A stretch of DNA of 64,000 bases from Octopus sinensis (lineage: Eukaryota), in contig NC_042998.1 of NCBI RefSeq assembly GCF_006345805.1, forward strand, positions 26,846,001-26,910,000. Direction: 5' to 3'. The translations under genes were made by a program, and so were the position numbers. The notes beneath the pieces are model-generated. The model was given only the letters and a program-made list of their open reading frames with translations. It was not told where the DNA came from and did no database searches. Below are positions 39,785 through 52,879 of the stretch, in pieces. Position 1 is the first letter of the stretch, and each line of letters begins with the position of its first letter.

Positions 39785-40029
39785 AGATCCAATGGATACA
39801 AATTAATCTATTAATTAATTAATTAACATATTCACCTAAAATTGTTTCATTTCACAACCAAAATTAAAACTACAAAATATATAAATATATAATTTTCCAT
39901 CCAAAGTATTTTATAATGCAAAATTATATATTGATGTATGTTTTGTAGTTTTAATTTTGATTGTGAAATGAAACAACTGTAGATGAATATGTTTATTAAT
40001 TAATAGATTAATTTGTATTCATTAGATCT
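39785..40029. repeat. Foldback inverted repeat, arms of about 115 bp, diverged
   Basis: 39785-39900 versus 39916-40029, e.g. TGTTTCATTTCACAA / TTGTGAAATGAAACA. Confidence 0.9.
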
Positions 40030-40089
40030 GTTTTCTAGCTCAATAATAATATTTGGTATTTTATGATATTTTATATGATATATTCTTTA

Positions 40090-40300
40090 CAAACCTAGGC
40101 ACAAGGCCCGAAATTTTAGGGGAGGCAGGGACCAATCAATTAGATTGACCTCAGAATGCAACTGGTACTTAATTTATCAACACCAAAAGAATGAAAGGTA
40201 AAGTCAACCTCGGCGGAATTTGAACTCAGAATGTAAAGACAGATGAAATACCGTTAGGCATTTCGCCCAGCATGCTAACGTTTCTGCTAGCTTGCCGCCT
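40090..40300 (-). mobile_element. SINE family B
   Basis: Reverse-complement full copy. Confidence 0.88.
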
Positions 40301-40409
40301 TGATATTTTATATAACATATTCATTGAAGAAATATCTCTTCAAAATATAATATATTAAACCAGTGTATCTTAGATAAAAATATCTCTATAAGAGGTTTAA
40401 ATATCCTCA

Positions 40410-40670
40410 TTATGACTATATATATATATATATATATATATACATACACATACATACATACATATATATATACACACACATACAAACATACATACATACA
40501 TATATATATACACACATACAACAAACATACATACATACATATAATATACACACTACAACATACATACAACATATATATATACATACACACACATACATAT
40601 AATACATACATATATATCCACATACATATTAATATATATATATAATACTACATACATACATACATATACA

Positions 40671-40702
<32 letters not shown>

Positions 40703-41356
40703 CACACATACATACATACATATATATACACATACATACATACATACATATATATACCACATACATACAACATATATAATATACACATACATACATACAT
40801 ACATATATATACACATACATACATACATATATACATATATACACATACATACATATATACCACATACATAACACATACATATATATAACACATACATACA
40901 TACATACTATATATACACATACATACATATATACACATACATATATACACAATACATACATACATATATATATATATAACATACATACATAACATACATA
41001 CATATATACATATATAAATACACCCTACATACATATATATATATATACACATACATACATATATATATATATATAGATCACAGGATACATACATATATAT
41101 ATATATAATATCATAACTACATACATATATATATATATATACATACATACATATATATATATATATACACTATACATACATATATATCATCTATACATAC
41201 ATACATATACATATATAACATACATATATATACATACATACATACATAATATACCCATACATACATACATATATATACACATACATACATACATATATAT
41301 ATATATATACATCCATACATACATATACACATACATACATACATAATATACTACAC

Positions 41357-41393
<37 letters not shown>

Positions 41394-41518
41394 CATCCAT
41401 ACATACATATATATATATATATAATATATATATATATATATAACACATCCATACATACATATACATAATATAATACCATCCATACATACATATAATATAT
41501 ATATATATATATTACATC

Positions 41519-41568
<50 letters not shown>

Positions 41569-41569
41569 C

Positions 41570-41601
<32 letters not shown>

Positions 41602-41608
41602 CTCCATA

Positions 41609-41649
<41 letters not shown>

Positions 41650-41714
41650 CTACATACATATATTATATATATATAATACATCCATACATACATATATAAT
41701 ATATATATAACATC

Positions 41715-41801
<87 letters not shown>

Positions 41802-41805
41802 CATC

Positions 41806-41849
<44 letters not shown>

Positions 41850-41915
41850 CATACATACATATATATATATATATATACATCCATACATATATATATATAT
41901 ATATATATATACATC

Positions 41916-41955
<40 letters not shown>

Positions 41956-41990
41956 CATACATACAATATATATATATATATATATACATC

Positions 41991-42022
<32 letters not shown>

Positions 42023-42028
42023 CCATCC

Positions 42029-42061
<33 letters not shown>

Positions 42062-42108
42062 ATATACATCCATACATACATATTATATATATTATTATAT
42101 ATACATCC

Positions 42109-42143
<35 letters not shown>

Positions 42144-42148
42144 CATCC

Positions 42149-42191
<43 letters not shown>

Positions 42192-42218
42192 CATATATAA
42201 TATATATATATATACATC

Positions 42219-42258
<40 letters not shown>

Positions 42259-42260
42259 CA

Positions 42261-42345
<85 letters not shown>

Positions 42346-42384
42346 CCTACATACATACATATATATATATAATATATACATCCA

Positions 42385-42418
<34 letters not shown>

Positions 42419-42676
42419 CATCCATACTACATTATATATATATTATACATCCATACATACATATATATATATATATATATACATCCATACATACATATAT
42501 TATATATATATACATCTACATACATATATATATATATATATACATCCATACATACATATATATATATATATATATACATCCATACATACATATATATATA
42601 TAATATATACATCCATACATACATTATATATATATATATACATCCATACATACACATATATATAATATATACATCC

Positions 42677-42716
<40 letters not shown>

Positions 42717-42756
42717 TACATCATCATACATACATATATATATATATATATACATC

Positions 42757-42790
<34 letters not shown>

Positions 42791-42824
42791 CATCCATACA
42801 TACATATATATATATATATACATC

Positions 42825-42856
<32 letters not shown>

Positions 42857-42962
42857 CTCATACATACATATATATATATATATATTACATCCATCCATAC
42901 ATACTACATATATATATATATACATCCCCTACAACATATATATATATATATATATATACATC

Positions 42963-42993
<31 letters not shown>

Positions 42994-43035
42994 CCATCCA
43001 TACCATACATATATATATATATATATATATACATC

Positions 43036-43067
<32 letters not shown>

Positions 43068-43514
43068 CATCCATACATACATAACATATATAATATATAT
43101 ATACATCCATACATACAGTATATATTATATATATATATATACATCCATACAATACATATATATATTATATATATACTATATATATATACATCCATACATA
43201 CATATTATATATATAATATATATATAGATATATACTCCATACATACATATAATATATTATATATATATACATCCATACACATATTATATAAGATATATAT
43301 ATATATATATCATCCATACATATATATATATATATATTATATATATAATATACATCCATACATACATACATATATATATATATAGATATATATATATAAT
43401 ATATATTATATTATATATATATATATATAACATCCATACATAATACATATATCTATATATATCTATATATATATATATATATATTATATACATATATATA
43501 TATATATATACATC

Positions 43515-43554
<40 letters not shown>

Positions 43555-43586
43555 CATACATACATATATATATATATATATACATC

Positions 43587-43633
<47 letters not shown>

Positions 43634-43686
43634 CACTCCACCCATACAACATACATAATATATATCTATATATTATATATACATCC

Positions 43687-43733
<47 letters not shown>

Positions 43734-43837
43734 CATACATACATACATATATATATATATATTATATATATAATATATATATACATCCATACATACATAT
43801 ATATATATATATATATAATATATATATATACATCCAT

Positions 43838-43873
<36 letters not shown>

Positions 43874-44001
43874 CATACATACATATATATATATATAATT
43901 ATATACATCCATACATACCTATATCTATATATATATATATATATATATATTAATACATCTCCATATATAGTATAATATATTATATATATATATACATCCG
44001 C

Positions 44002-44048
<47 letters not shown>

Positions 44049-45254
44049 CCATCATACATACATAATACTATATATATATATATATATGATCTATACTCAC
44101 TATAATATACATCCATATATACTATATATATATAGATATATAATATATATAGATATACATCCATAATATAAATAAATTATATACATCCATATATTATATA
44201 TATAATATATATATACATCCATACATACATATATATGATAATCCATACTACATATATATATATATAATATATAATATATATATATATATACAATCCATAC
44301 ATATATAATATATATATATATACTCATCCATACCTATATATATGATATATACATCCATATAATATATATCCACATCCATACCTATATATATATACATCCA
44401 TACATACATATATAGATATATATAATATATATATATATATACATCCTACATCTAATATATAATATTATATAACATCCAACATATATATCGATATTATATA
44501 TATACATCCATACATACATATATATATAATATATATATAACATCCATACATACATATATATATCTATATATATATATATTATACATCCATACAATACATT
44601 ATATATATATATATATATATATAACATACATATATATATAATATATATATATATACATCCATACATACATATATATATATATATAGTATATATATATATA
44701 CATCCATACATACATATATATATATATACATCCATACATATATATAATAATATCATTCCTATATATATAATATATACATCCTACATATATATATATATAT
44801 ATCTACATCCATACATATATATATATATATATACATCCATACATATATATATATATATACATCCATACAATATATATATATATATACATCCATACATATA
44901 TTATATATATATACCACATCCATAACATACTATATATATATCTATATACATCATATATATATATATATACATCCATACATATTATATATATATACCCCAT
45001 ACTAGATATATAATATAATACATCCAACATAATATATATATATATCATCCATACATATATATTATAATACATCCATACATATATATATATATATATACAT
45101 CCATACATATATATATATATATACATCCATACATATATATATATATATATACATCCATACATATATATATATATACATCCATACATATATATATATATAA
45201 TCCATCCCTACATATAATATAGTATATACATCCATACATATATATATATACATC

Positions 45255-45315
<61 letters not shown>

Positions 45316-45320
45316 CATAT
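40410..45320. repeat. 4.9-kb compound micro/minisatellite: (TA)n punctuated by TACA and ACATCCATACATAC units
   Basis: Direct inspection; CATCC-containing units dominate from about 41310. Confidence 0.97.
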
Positions 45321-45472
45321 GAGGTAGTTTTTGTGAATCATTGTGGGTATAGTTTAAAGAATAAGTTTGTGTAAAGCCAGAACAATGCAAAAGGTACAAA
45401 ATAAACACCTTTTCAATCTGTAGTTTATTTTGTACCTTCTCACATTGTTCCAACTTTACACAACTACCTTCC

Positions 45473-45701
45473 TTAACCCTTTAGTGTTCGCATTATTCTG
45501 CCAAAATTAATCCTTTTTTATCCACATTGTTTTGAACTAATCATGCATTATCTTGTAGCTAGGAGATTTTGATGAGGTAGCTGTTAATTTTTAAAATTAT
45601 ATTGTAGGTTTGGTGTAAGAGACCAGATATGGCCAGTTTGAACATAAAACAAGCAGAATACTTTTGGCCGGATATGGCCGGTTTAAATGCTAAAGGGTTA
45701 A
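45473..45701. mobile_element. piggyBac-type MITE (family E)
   Basis: TTAACCCTTTAG...AATGCTAAAGGGTTAA; partial copies near 19130-19370 and 39480-39681. Confidence 0.85.
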
Positions 45702-45931
45702 ATATATATGTACATATGCAGGTTCGAGTCCCATGTGGATAGGAAAGCCTACTTTTTTCTATCGAGGGCTTAAATGCCCCATTATTAAATTATTTTCCTT
45801 AGTCATTGCACGGTGATAGGTATAAGCTTTAGGCTTATACAAATACCATTATTATTATTTACAGGATCGTAAAACCTGGTACCATATAACAAAACAATTC
45901 ACACCAAAAGCATATAAGTAAATATATATAC

Positions 45932-46740
45932 ATATAATTATAACAATAAGGGTTTAGCAACAAGTTGCTTGACCACATACTGAAAATTTTAGAAATAGCA
46001 GCCAAAAGACTACTATTTTAGAAATAGCAGCCAAAAGACTACTAGCGGGAAGTGTAACCTCTCGAAAGAGCTATTCTTCACTCCTGCTCCGGAGCGTCGG
46101 CTGCGGGGTCATTCCAAAAAGCTCTACCTGCGACGATTTCATCTCAATCGAAAGAGAGGAGCTTTCTCCGTTCGGGTTGCGGATCCGTGGAACAAGCTGC
46201 CAGACGAGTTGGTGAAGATGCCGACAACCGCTTTGTTCAAAGCCTCCCTGGACCTCAAGAGGCCTGAACTCTTTACATGAACACCACCCTGTACTTAACT
46301 CCATGTCCCCCTACATGGCCTTGCTATTTGCTTTTGAGCCAAATTAACTAACTAACTAACTAACTAACTATTTCCTTTTTCTACAAAAATATGTCTCCAC
46401 AGACAACAATATTTGTAACTCACACATGGCAAAAAGGAAGAAAAATAATGAAAATCAAACAGTCTTCGATTAATTATGGACGCGTTTCTGGATTAGAATC
46501 ATAAGATTCATTTCTGCTATCAACATAATATTTCGATAATTATAAATCTGAAGATGCTAGGAAAACTTACCCCGTATATTTCTGACCAAGCGTCATCAGA
46601 ACATATAAAAGCTAATCAGCATATCCACATTTATAGAGACGAGTGAATTTGTATTTCCTTCCAATTTTCTACCATGTGCGTAAAATTTTCAGTATGTGGT
46701 CAAGCAACCTGTTGCTAAACCCTTATTGTTATAATTATAT
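45932..46740. mobile_element. Element bounded by 60-bp inverted repeats, hosting the CR1 insertion (TIR element or Penelope-like inverted terminal segment)
   Basis: 45932-45991 and 46681-46740 are reverse complements with one mismatch. Confidence 0.7.
46045..46370 (+). mobile_element. CR1-clade LINE 3' end, 5'-truncated, apparently young, (TAAC)n tail
   Basis: Open frame ELFFTPAPERRLRGHSKKLYLRRFHLNRKRGAFSVRVADPWNKLPDELVK...FKASLD...* matches the CR1 C-terminal RGH..KL / FS.RV...WN.LP pattern; CpGs intact; TAAC repeats at 46345-46370. Confidence 0.9.
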
Positions 46741-46871
46741 ATAAAAAAAACGTTTTGTATAAGTTTTTACCGAATATGGTCTTTTTCCATACCAAAAAAC
46801 TACTAGGTGAAATTTGTTGATTTTATTAAATTAATAATCTTTCACCCTATATCTGATATATATATATATAT

Positions 46872-47089
46872 TCTCTTTTACTTGTTTCAGTCATTTGACT
46901 GCAGCCATGCTGGAGCACCACTTTAAAGGGCTTTTAGTTGAAGAAATCAACCCAAGGACTTAATCTTTGTAAACCTAGTATTTATTCTATCAGTCTCTTT
47001 TGCTGAACTGCTAGTTTACGGGGACAGAAACACACCAACATCAGTTGTCAAGCAATGATGGGGAAACAAACACAGAAACAAAGACATAC

Positions 47090-47137
<48 letters not shown>

Positions 47138-47290
47138 CAATGGGCTTCTTTCAGTTTCCATTTACCAAATCCACTCACAAAGCTTTGGTCAGCCCAAAGC
47201 CATAGCAAAAGACACTTGTTCAAGGTTCCACACAGTGGGGACCGAACTCGGAACCTTGTGGTCGGAAAGCAAGCTTCTTACCACACAACC
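46872..47290 (-). mobile_element. SINE family A, full length
   Basis: Complete reverse-complement copy. Confidence 0.9.
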
Positions 47291-48112
47291 ACATATCATC
47301 CCAAACAAATACAAGAGAATAATCTGTTTTGCTGTTGTTTAACATATTGCTTCTGTTCTGATGTATAGATTAACGAGTCACTAGCATCTAAGAGAACATA
47401 AAAATATTTCTGAAGTGATATAGATGATTGATGAAAACTATACTAATCTGTCTTTTAAGTCGTAAGATCAATAAAGAATTAATACAACAAAAGAGTTTTG
47501 TTTGCCATGTATTTTTAATAGCCATTTAAATTAAGAAGTAAAAATAGGTAAGTGAATAATTACTTTTTTACATGTAATGTAGGAATTACACAATTGTATG
47601 AATTTGATTAGTAAAATATAATAAATCTGCTAAGTGCAGATGAATGGCCTTCAATTGCTGTTAAGAGAATAAGAGAATAATGTGATCTAGGAAGAGTAAG
47701 ATTTCAACAACCAACTAGAAAAATATTCTGTGAGTGTTCTGAAATTTAATATGTAATCCATTAGCATCTACTCACAGTCTGTTTGTGTTACAATTGAACA
47801 AAACCAATTAAAGACAGAATATAAAATAGAAAATTTACAATAAAAGTGTAACGATGAATTAAAAGACACTAATAAGTTCTGAAAAAATATCTTTACTGTT
47901 TATTTATCAAACCCAGGAGGGGAAGAAAGGCACCGAAAAAAATTTGATTAAACAAAAAAAAAACACCAGGTCAGCACAAGTTTATTAAAGCAGTGATGTA
48001 CTGAGATGGGATCTAGCAGTGTTTGGCCATAATTTAAAAAGCAGAAATTATTTCTACCTATTGACACAGTTGTTGTCATTACCATTGTCAACATGACCAT
48101 CATTATCATCAT

Positions 48113-48583
48113 TTAACCCTTTCATTGCCAACCTGGCTGAAACTGCCTCTGGCCCTGAGTACAAATGTCTTGTTTTCATAAGTTTTGAATTAAAATCTTC
48201 CACCAAACTTTAGTCACAATTTATGTTCCTAACGGAAGCTTAATGATAACTAAGTTATTTTACTAAATTCTTTGTTATGTTTAAAATTAATTGAAAGAGA
48301 CACAGAGCATCTCAACAGAAATATGGTAACAAAAGGGTTAACAAATGATTAATTTAACGCTTTTGATAACAACCTGGCTGAAACCAGCTCTGGCTCTGTA
48401 GTACAAATGTCTCATTTTCATAAGTTCTGAATTAAAATCTTCCACCAAACCTTAGTCACAATTTATGTTCCTAACACTAGCTTAATGATAACTAAGTTAT
48501 TTTACTAAATTCTTTGTTATATCTAAAATTAATTGAAAGAAACACAGAGCATCTCAAAATAAATACAGTAACAAAAGGGTTAA
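48113..48583. mobile_element. Two adjacent family D piggyBac-type MITEs
   Basis: Copies at 48113-48341 and 48354-48583, each bounded by TTAA. Confidence 0.88.
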
Positions 48584-48691
48584 TGTCTGTTTTCATGCTG
48601 GTATGGGCTGGATGGTTTGACAGGAGCTAGAGCTGGCAAGGTTAGAGAGCTGCACCAATTGCTTCATTTGTTTTGCAATATGGTTGATACA

Positions 48692-48925
48692 TTCATCATC
48701 ATCATCGTTTAACGTCCGCTTTCCATGCTAGCATGGGTTGGACGGTTCAACTGGGGTCTGGGAAGCCAGAAGGCTGCACCAGGCCCAGTCTGATCTGGCA
48801 GTGTTTCTACAGCTGGATGCCCTTCCTAATGCCAACCACTCCATGAGTGTAGTGGGTGCTTTTTACGTGCCACTGGCACAGGTGTCAGAAGAGGCTGGCA
48901 AACGGCCACGATTGGATGGTGCTTA
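48692..48925 (-). mobile_element. Short copy of the RTE 3' UTR end
   Basis: Close match to 7505-7740; a more decayed related piece lies at 48586-48690. Confidence 0.9.
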
Positions 48926-49373
48926 AATGTTAATGACAGTGTGAGATAACTCAAAACTATGTCTCCAGAAAATCCACCCTGAAGTCAAGAACTTGCACAT
49001 GTGCTGTTATTGTGTGTGTGTGTGTGTATGTATAAGTAGCTCCCTTCCAAATGATTCAGCCTCCAGTTGACATACATAATGATTCCCTGATGACTCTGAT
49101 AGGGTCACGCCCTTTCCACCTGTGTTCGCTTTTTCCTTCCCAACCGACTGACTGGTTGTACAAGACATCATTGTGACCAATAATATTCATACCAGAAATC
49201 TATGAAAGGTGGAATTAAAAAATAATTCTTCAGCCTTGTTGATCACAACCATCTCTCAGTTGCATGCATCACTGGAGAGTTACTGTGGGAAAGGATTGAC
49301 AGTGAGCACCATTATCAAATAGGATGCTGCCAGAAACTGACCTCAAAGAAAACTATGTCAATGCTATATACAA

Positions 49374-49885
49374 CAGTGTTTCTCAACCTTTTTTTTTTTT
49401 TTGCCAATGAACCCCTAATTTATCAAGTGGCCCCTTGTAGCCATTCAATGTTTAAAAAAAAATTTCTATTATTAAATATTATTAGGAATTGTCTTTAAAA
49501 AAATTTTTGCCAATGTCGCCTTACTGGCACCTGTGCCGGTGGCATGTGTAAAAAGATTCGAGTGAAGTCATTGCCAGTACTGCCTGACTGGCTCCTGTGC
49601 CGGTAGCACGTAAAAAGCACCCACTACACTCTTGGAGTGGTTGGCGTTAGGAAGGGCATCCAGCTGTAGAAACTCTGCCAGATCAAGATTGGAGCCTGGT
49701 GCGGCCGTCTGGCTCGCCAGCCCTCAGTCAAAATCGTCCAACACACGCTAGCATGGAAGGCAGACGTTAAACGATGATTGTGTATCGTAAAAATATAATC
49801 AATTTATTGCACCATAAACATTAACAACAAAACCTTATATGAACCTCCAAAGGTCACATGGATGCAACCGGATTGGGAACCACTG
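49374..49885. mobile_element. hAT (Charlie-like) MITE with nested RTE end
   Basis: CAGTGTTTCTCAA...TTGGGAACCACTG. Confidence 0.72.
49510..49778 (+). mobile_element. RTE 3' UTR-end copy nested in a hAT-type MITE
   Basis: Same GAGTGGTTGGCGTTAGGAAGGGCATCCAGC core; ends ACGTTAAACGATGAT. Confidence 0.85.
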
Positions 49886-50571
49886 ATAAACAGCTACAAT
49901 GTTATTGCCTTCACACATAGCCTGACAGGAGGCTCACAAGACTGTCACAGCTCTTCCTTTTGGTGCCAGTCTGAATATTTATCTTCATTATCAATACTAA
50001 AAACACAAAATATCCATGTAATGACATGTTATTGATTGATTTAACAACCATTTTGTCTTTTGTTTTATTTTAAGATATTGAATAAAACGTGATTTTTTTC
50101 ATTCTTTTTTCATGCATGTATAATGCCATTATTTAAATTGTGTTGTTTGTCAGGGTGTAACGAGTCATGTATTGTAAGTTAATAAGTGGACTTAAAACAT
50201 TATTTGTTTAATTACTTTGGCTATTATTTATAGTATTTAAATGAAGGATGACATTTTTCCTATTATTATTTTTTTTTCCTAAGCAAAACTACAACCCTCC
50301 TCCGCCCTCCATCGTGACTTCAATTTCTGTTCACCTATTTATCATGGCTTTAGTTATTATGGTGGCTGTTAGCTATGAAAAGACATTAAAACTGCTTTAG
50401 GCAATTGATAAGATGATTAAGCCTTGCCTTTGAATACCATGGGACTTTTGCATTGGTGATTGCTATGAAAACGAAGCTATTCTCATTAAAATGTGTGTTC
50501 ATTATGGATAATATTTAAAACCAAACTATATTTTATTCATTATATAAATTGTAGAACACTTAATGAAATAT

Positions 50572-50840
50572 TTAACCCCTTCTGACATTTACCTTAAAAC
50601 CTCTGATTCACTGAAATAAATACAAAAAAAAAATTAATTTAGAGTACATTTTATATTAAAATCTTCCACAAATTTTTATGTTAGAACCTTTGGTTACGTT
50701 CCAAACACCTAGTTGTTATATTAAGTCCATTCAAATTCCTCATTTTCTTCCTTTCTTTTTTTTTTTTTTTTTTCTTTTTTAAGTAATTGGAACACAAGGG
50801 TAGTTGTATTCTATTGGAATTATGGTCAGAAAAGGGTTAA
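50572..50840. mobile_element. piggyBac-type MITE (third family)
   Basis: TTAACCCCTTCTGACAT...ATGGTCAGAAAAGGGTTAA. Confidence 0.7.
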
Positions 50841-51293
50841 AAGATGAAAAGAAAATACTTAATCTTGTCTCTAAATAACTGAAATTGTTCACTTCCTCGT
50901 TAACATGCCCAAAATGGAAATTTACTTTTAGACATAATTTTATGTATTGGTTGTTACACACACACATGTATATATTGTTAGTCAAGCAAGAAAACTATTT
51001 CAAATATTTATTGATTGAGTGATAAACTTACTAACAATGATTCCAGGAATCTTTTGTTCATTGCCCTGTTTATATGATGCTAACACCGAAAATTGAATTT
51101 AACAAGCCATAAGCCCCAAGTGAAAAGGATTTTATTTGACTGCAAAAGGACTGATTCCATTGATTAAAATATAAAAGATCAATAGAGAACGAAAAGTGAA
51201 AAATCTTTATGTGTTTCTGTCTAAACTGGTAATAAAGATATTAATCTGAGTAAAAATCCTGACAAACAATATTTCAATAGGTTATACATACAT

Positions 51294-51328
<35 letters not shown>

Positions 51329-51756
51329 AAGTCAAGGTTAGCCATTAAAAATCTCAAGAGTTATTTGTGATGGGAGAGAATGAAAGAAAGGAAATCACAA
51401 AAGACTATTTAAACCATGATTAGCGGGTCACTCTAGTCAGTTCTAAAGTAGCAAATTTATGATGAAAGAATAATAGCCAACAAATGGACTTCTTCAAAAA
51501 AAAAATGAGAGAAATTTTAGACTTGACCTAATCGTCATTTGATAAATAATAGGTTGAGGATCCTCTTTGATATCAAGTCTGAAAGACTAAGGTCATGATT
51601 AGTTTAAAAGGAATCATCACTTATCAATGTCATGCCACAAAACCAATGTCTCCTCTCGCATAAGAAGAAAAAGAAAAGGTTGCAGCAATAAATACCATCT
51701 TTGGTGAATCCAAACCAAGGAAATCTGAAACTTAACAATTAAATATACGGATTTTA

Positions 51757-52009
51757 TTTACATTATTTACATTTGACAGATATTTGTCCACATTTTGTTT
51801 GTTGTTAACACATTTCAGCTGATATATCCTTCTAACCTTCATCAGATGTCTTGGGGAAATTTCAAACCTGGGTTCTCATTCCTAAGGTATTTTTCGATGT
51901 TATTATTATTATTATTATAATTATTATTATTATTCAGGTCACTGCCTGGAATTGAAGTCAGAATCTTTGGGTTAGTAGCCTGTGCTCTTAACCACTACAC
52001 CATATGCCC
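51757..52009 (-). mobile_element. tRNA-headed SINE-like element with (AAT)n spacer and hammerhead-ribozyme-like 3' module
   Basis: Minus strand: A-box TGGTGTAGTGG (51992-52002), B-box-like ACTTCAATTCC (51948-51958), (AAT)n, then CTGATGA...GAAA core (51807-51850), then AAATGTAAATAATGT end. The 3' part is homologous to 24250-24424. Confidence 0.75.
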
Positions 52010-52035
52010 ATGGCAAATATAGAATTGTACAGATT

Positions 52036-52480
52036 TTATTATTTGGTAAGGCAAAGGCAGCATTGTTAGCATGCTGGGAAAAATGCTAAGTAGTATTTCA
52101 TCTGCCACTATGTTCTGAGTTCAAATTTCACCAAGGTCGACTTTAATCCTTTAATCCTTTCGGGGTTGATGAAATAAGTACCAGTTATGCACTGGAGTCA
52201 ATATAATCGACTAGCCCCTTCCCCACCAAATTTTTCCAGGCCTTGTGCCTAGAGTAGAAATAATTATTTGGTAAGGCAGGGAGCTCGCAGAAAGATGAGC
52301 AGCATTTCCTCTCTCTCTTACATTCTGAGTTCAAATCCCTCAAAGGCTGACTTTGTCATTCATCCTTTCAGATTGGTAAAAAAAAAAAAAGGTACCAGTT
52401 GAACACTGGGTAACTGACAATCCCACCCCCAAAATAATAATTTCAGGCCTTGTGCCTATAGTAGAAAAGATTATTATTTT
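52036..52480 (+). mobile_element. Two head-to-tail family B SINEs
   Basis: TTCTGAGTTCAAAT...TCATCCTTT...GTACCAGTT...GGCCTTGTGCCTA appears twice. Confidence 0.85.
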
Positions 52481-52501
52481 ATCAAATATCTGCTAAAATA
52501 A

Positions 52502-52879
52502 TCTATATACATAAATTATATAATGGTGTCTGTGTGTTTGGGGGTTACTTTAACTCCTCCCACACCATCCAACCAATTTTAATGATTTTCGGCACATAGG
52601 TAGATCACTTGCCCTGAAGTTCAAATAAGGCCAGAATTTTTCGAAAACTCAATAATGCTCAGTTGGCATTGATTTTAATGAGTTCAATCACGTGTTTGAA
52701 TGGAAATTCCCATAATGATGTTATTTTTTCCTGCAGTTTTTGCATTTTTTCGAACCAGATATAACATCTTAATGGGTAATAGTTGGCACGGGGGAACATA
52801 GAAGATTTCAATACAAGGTCAGAGGTGGGCTTAACTTCAACACGGAAAACACGAGCAACGCCAGGTACAACAGCTGGTA
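52502..52879 (+). mobile_element. Non-autonomous Helitron-like element (different body)
   Basis: 5' TCTATATA; 3' GAGCAACGCCAGGTACAACAGCTGGT (CTAG variant). Confidence 0.6.

Noticed and set aside
41187-42425. 412-aa ORF and the many other YI/CV/HT-repeat ORFs
   Set aside because: Translations of TA, CA and TACA microsatellites, which lack stop codons in some frames; no coding signal.
51690-51725. Minus-strand FPWFG peptide resembling the pantothenate kinase N-terminus
   Set aside because: The required DIGGT motif does not follow.
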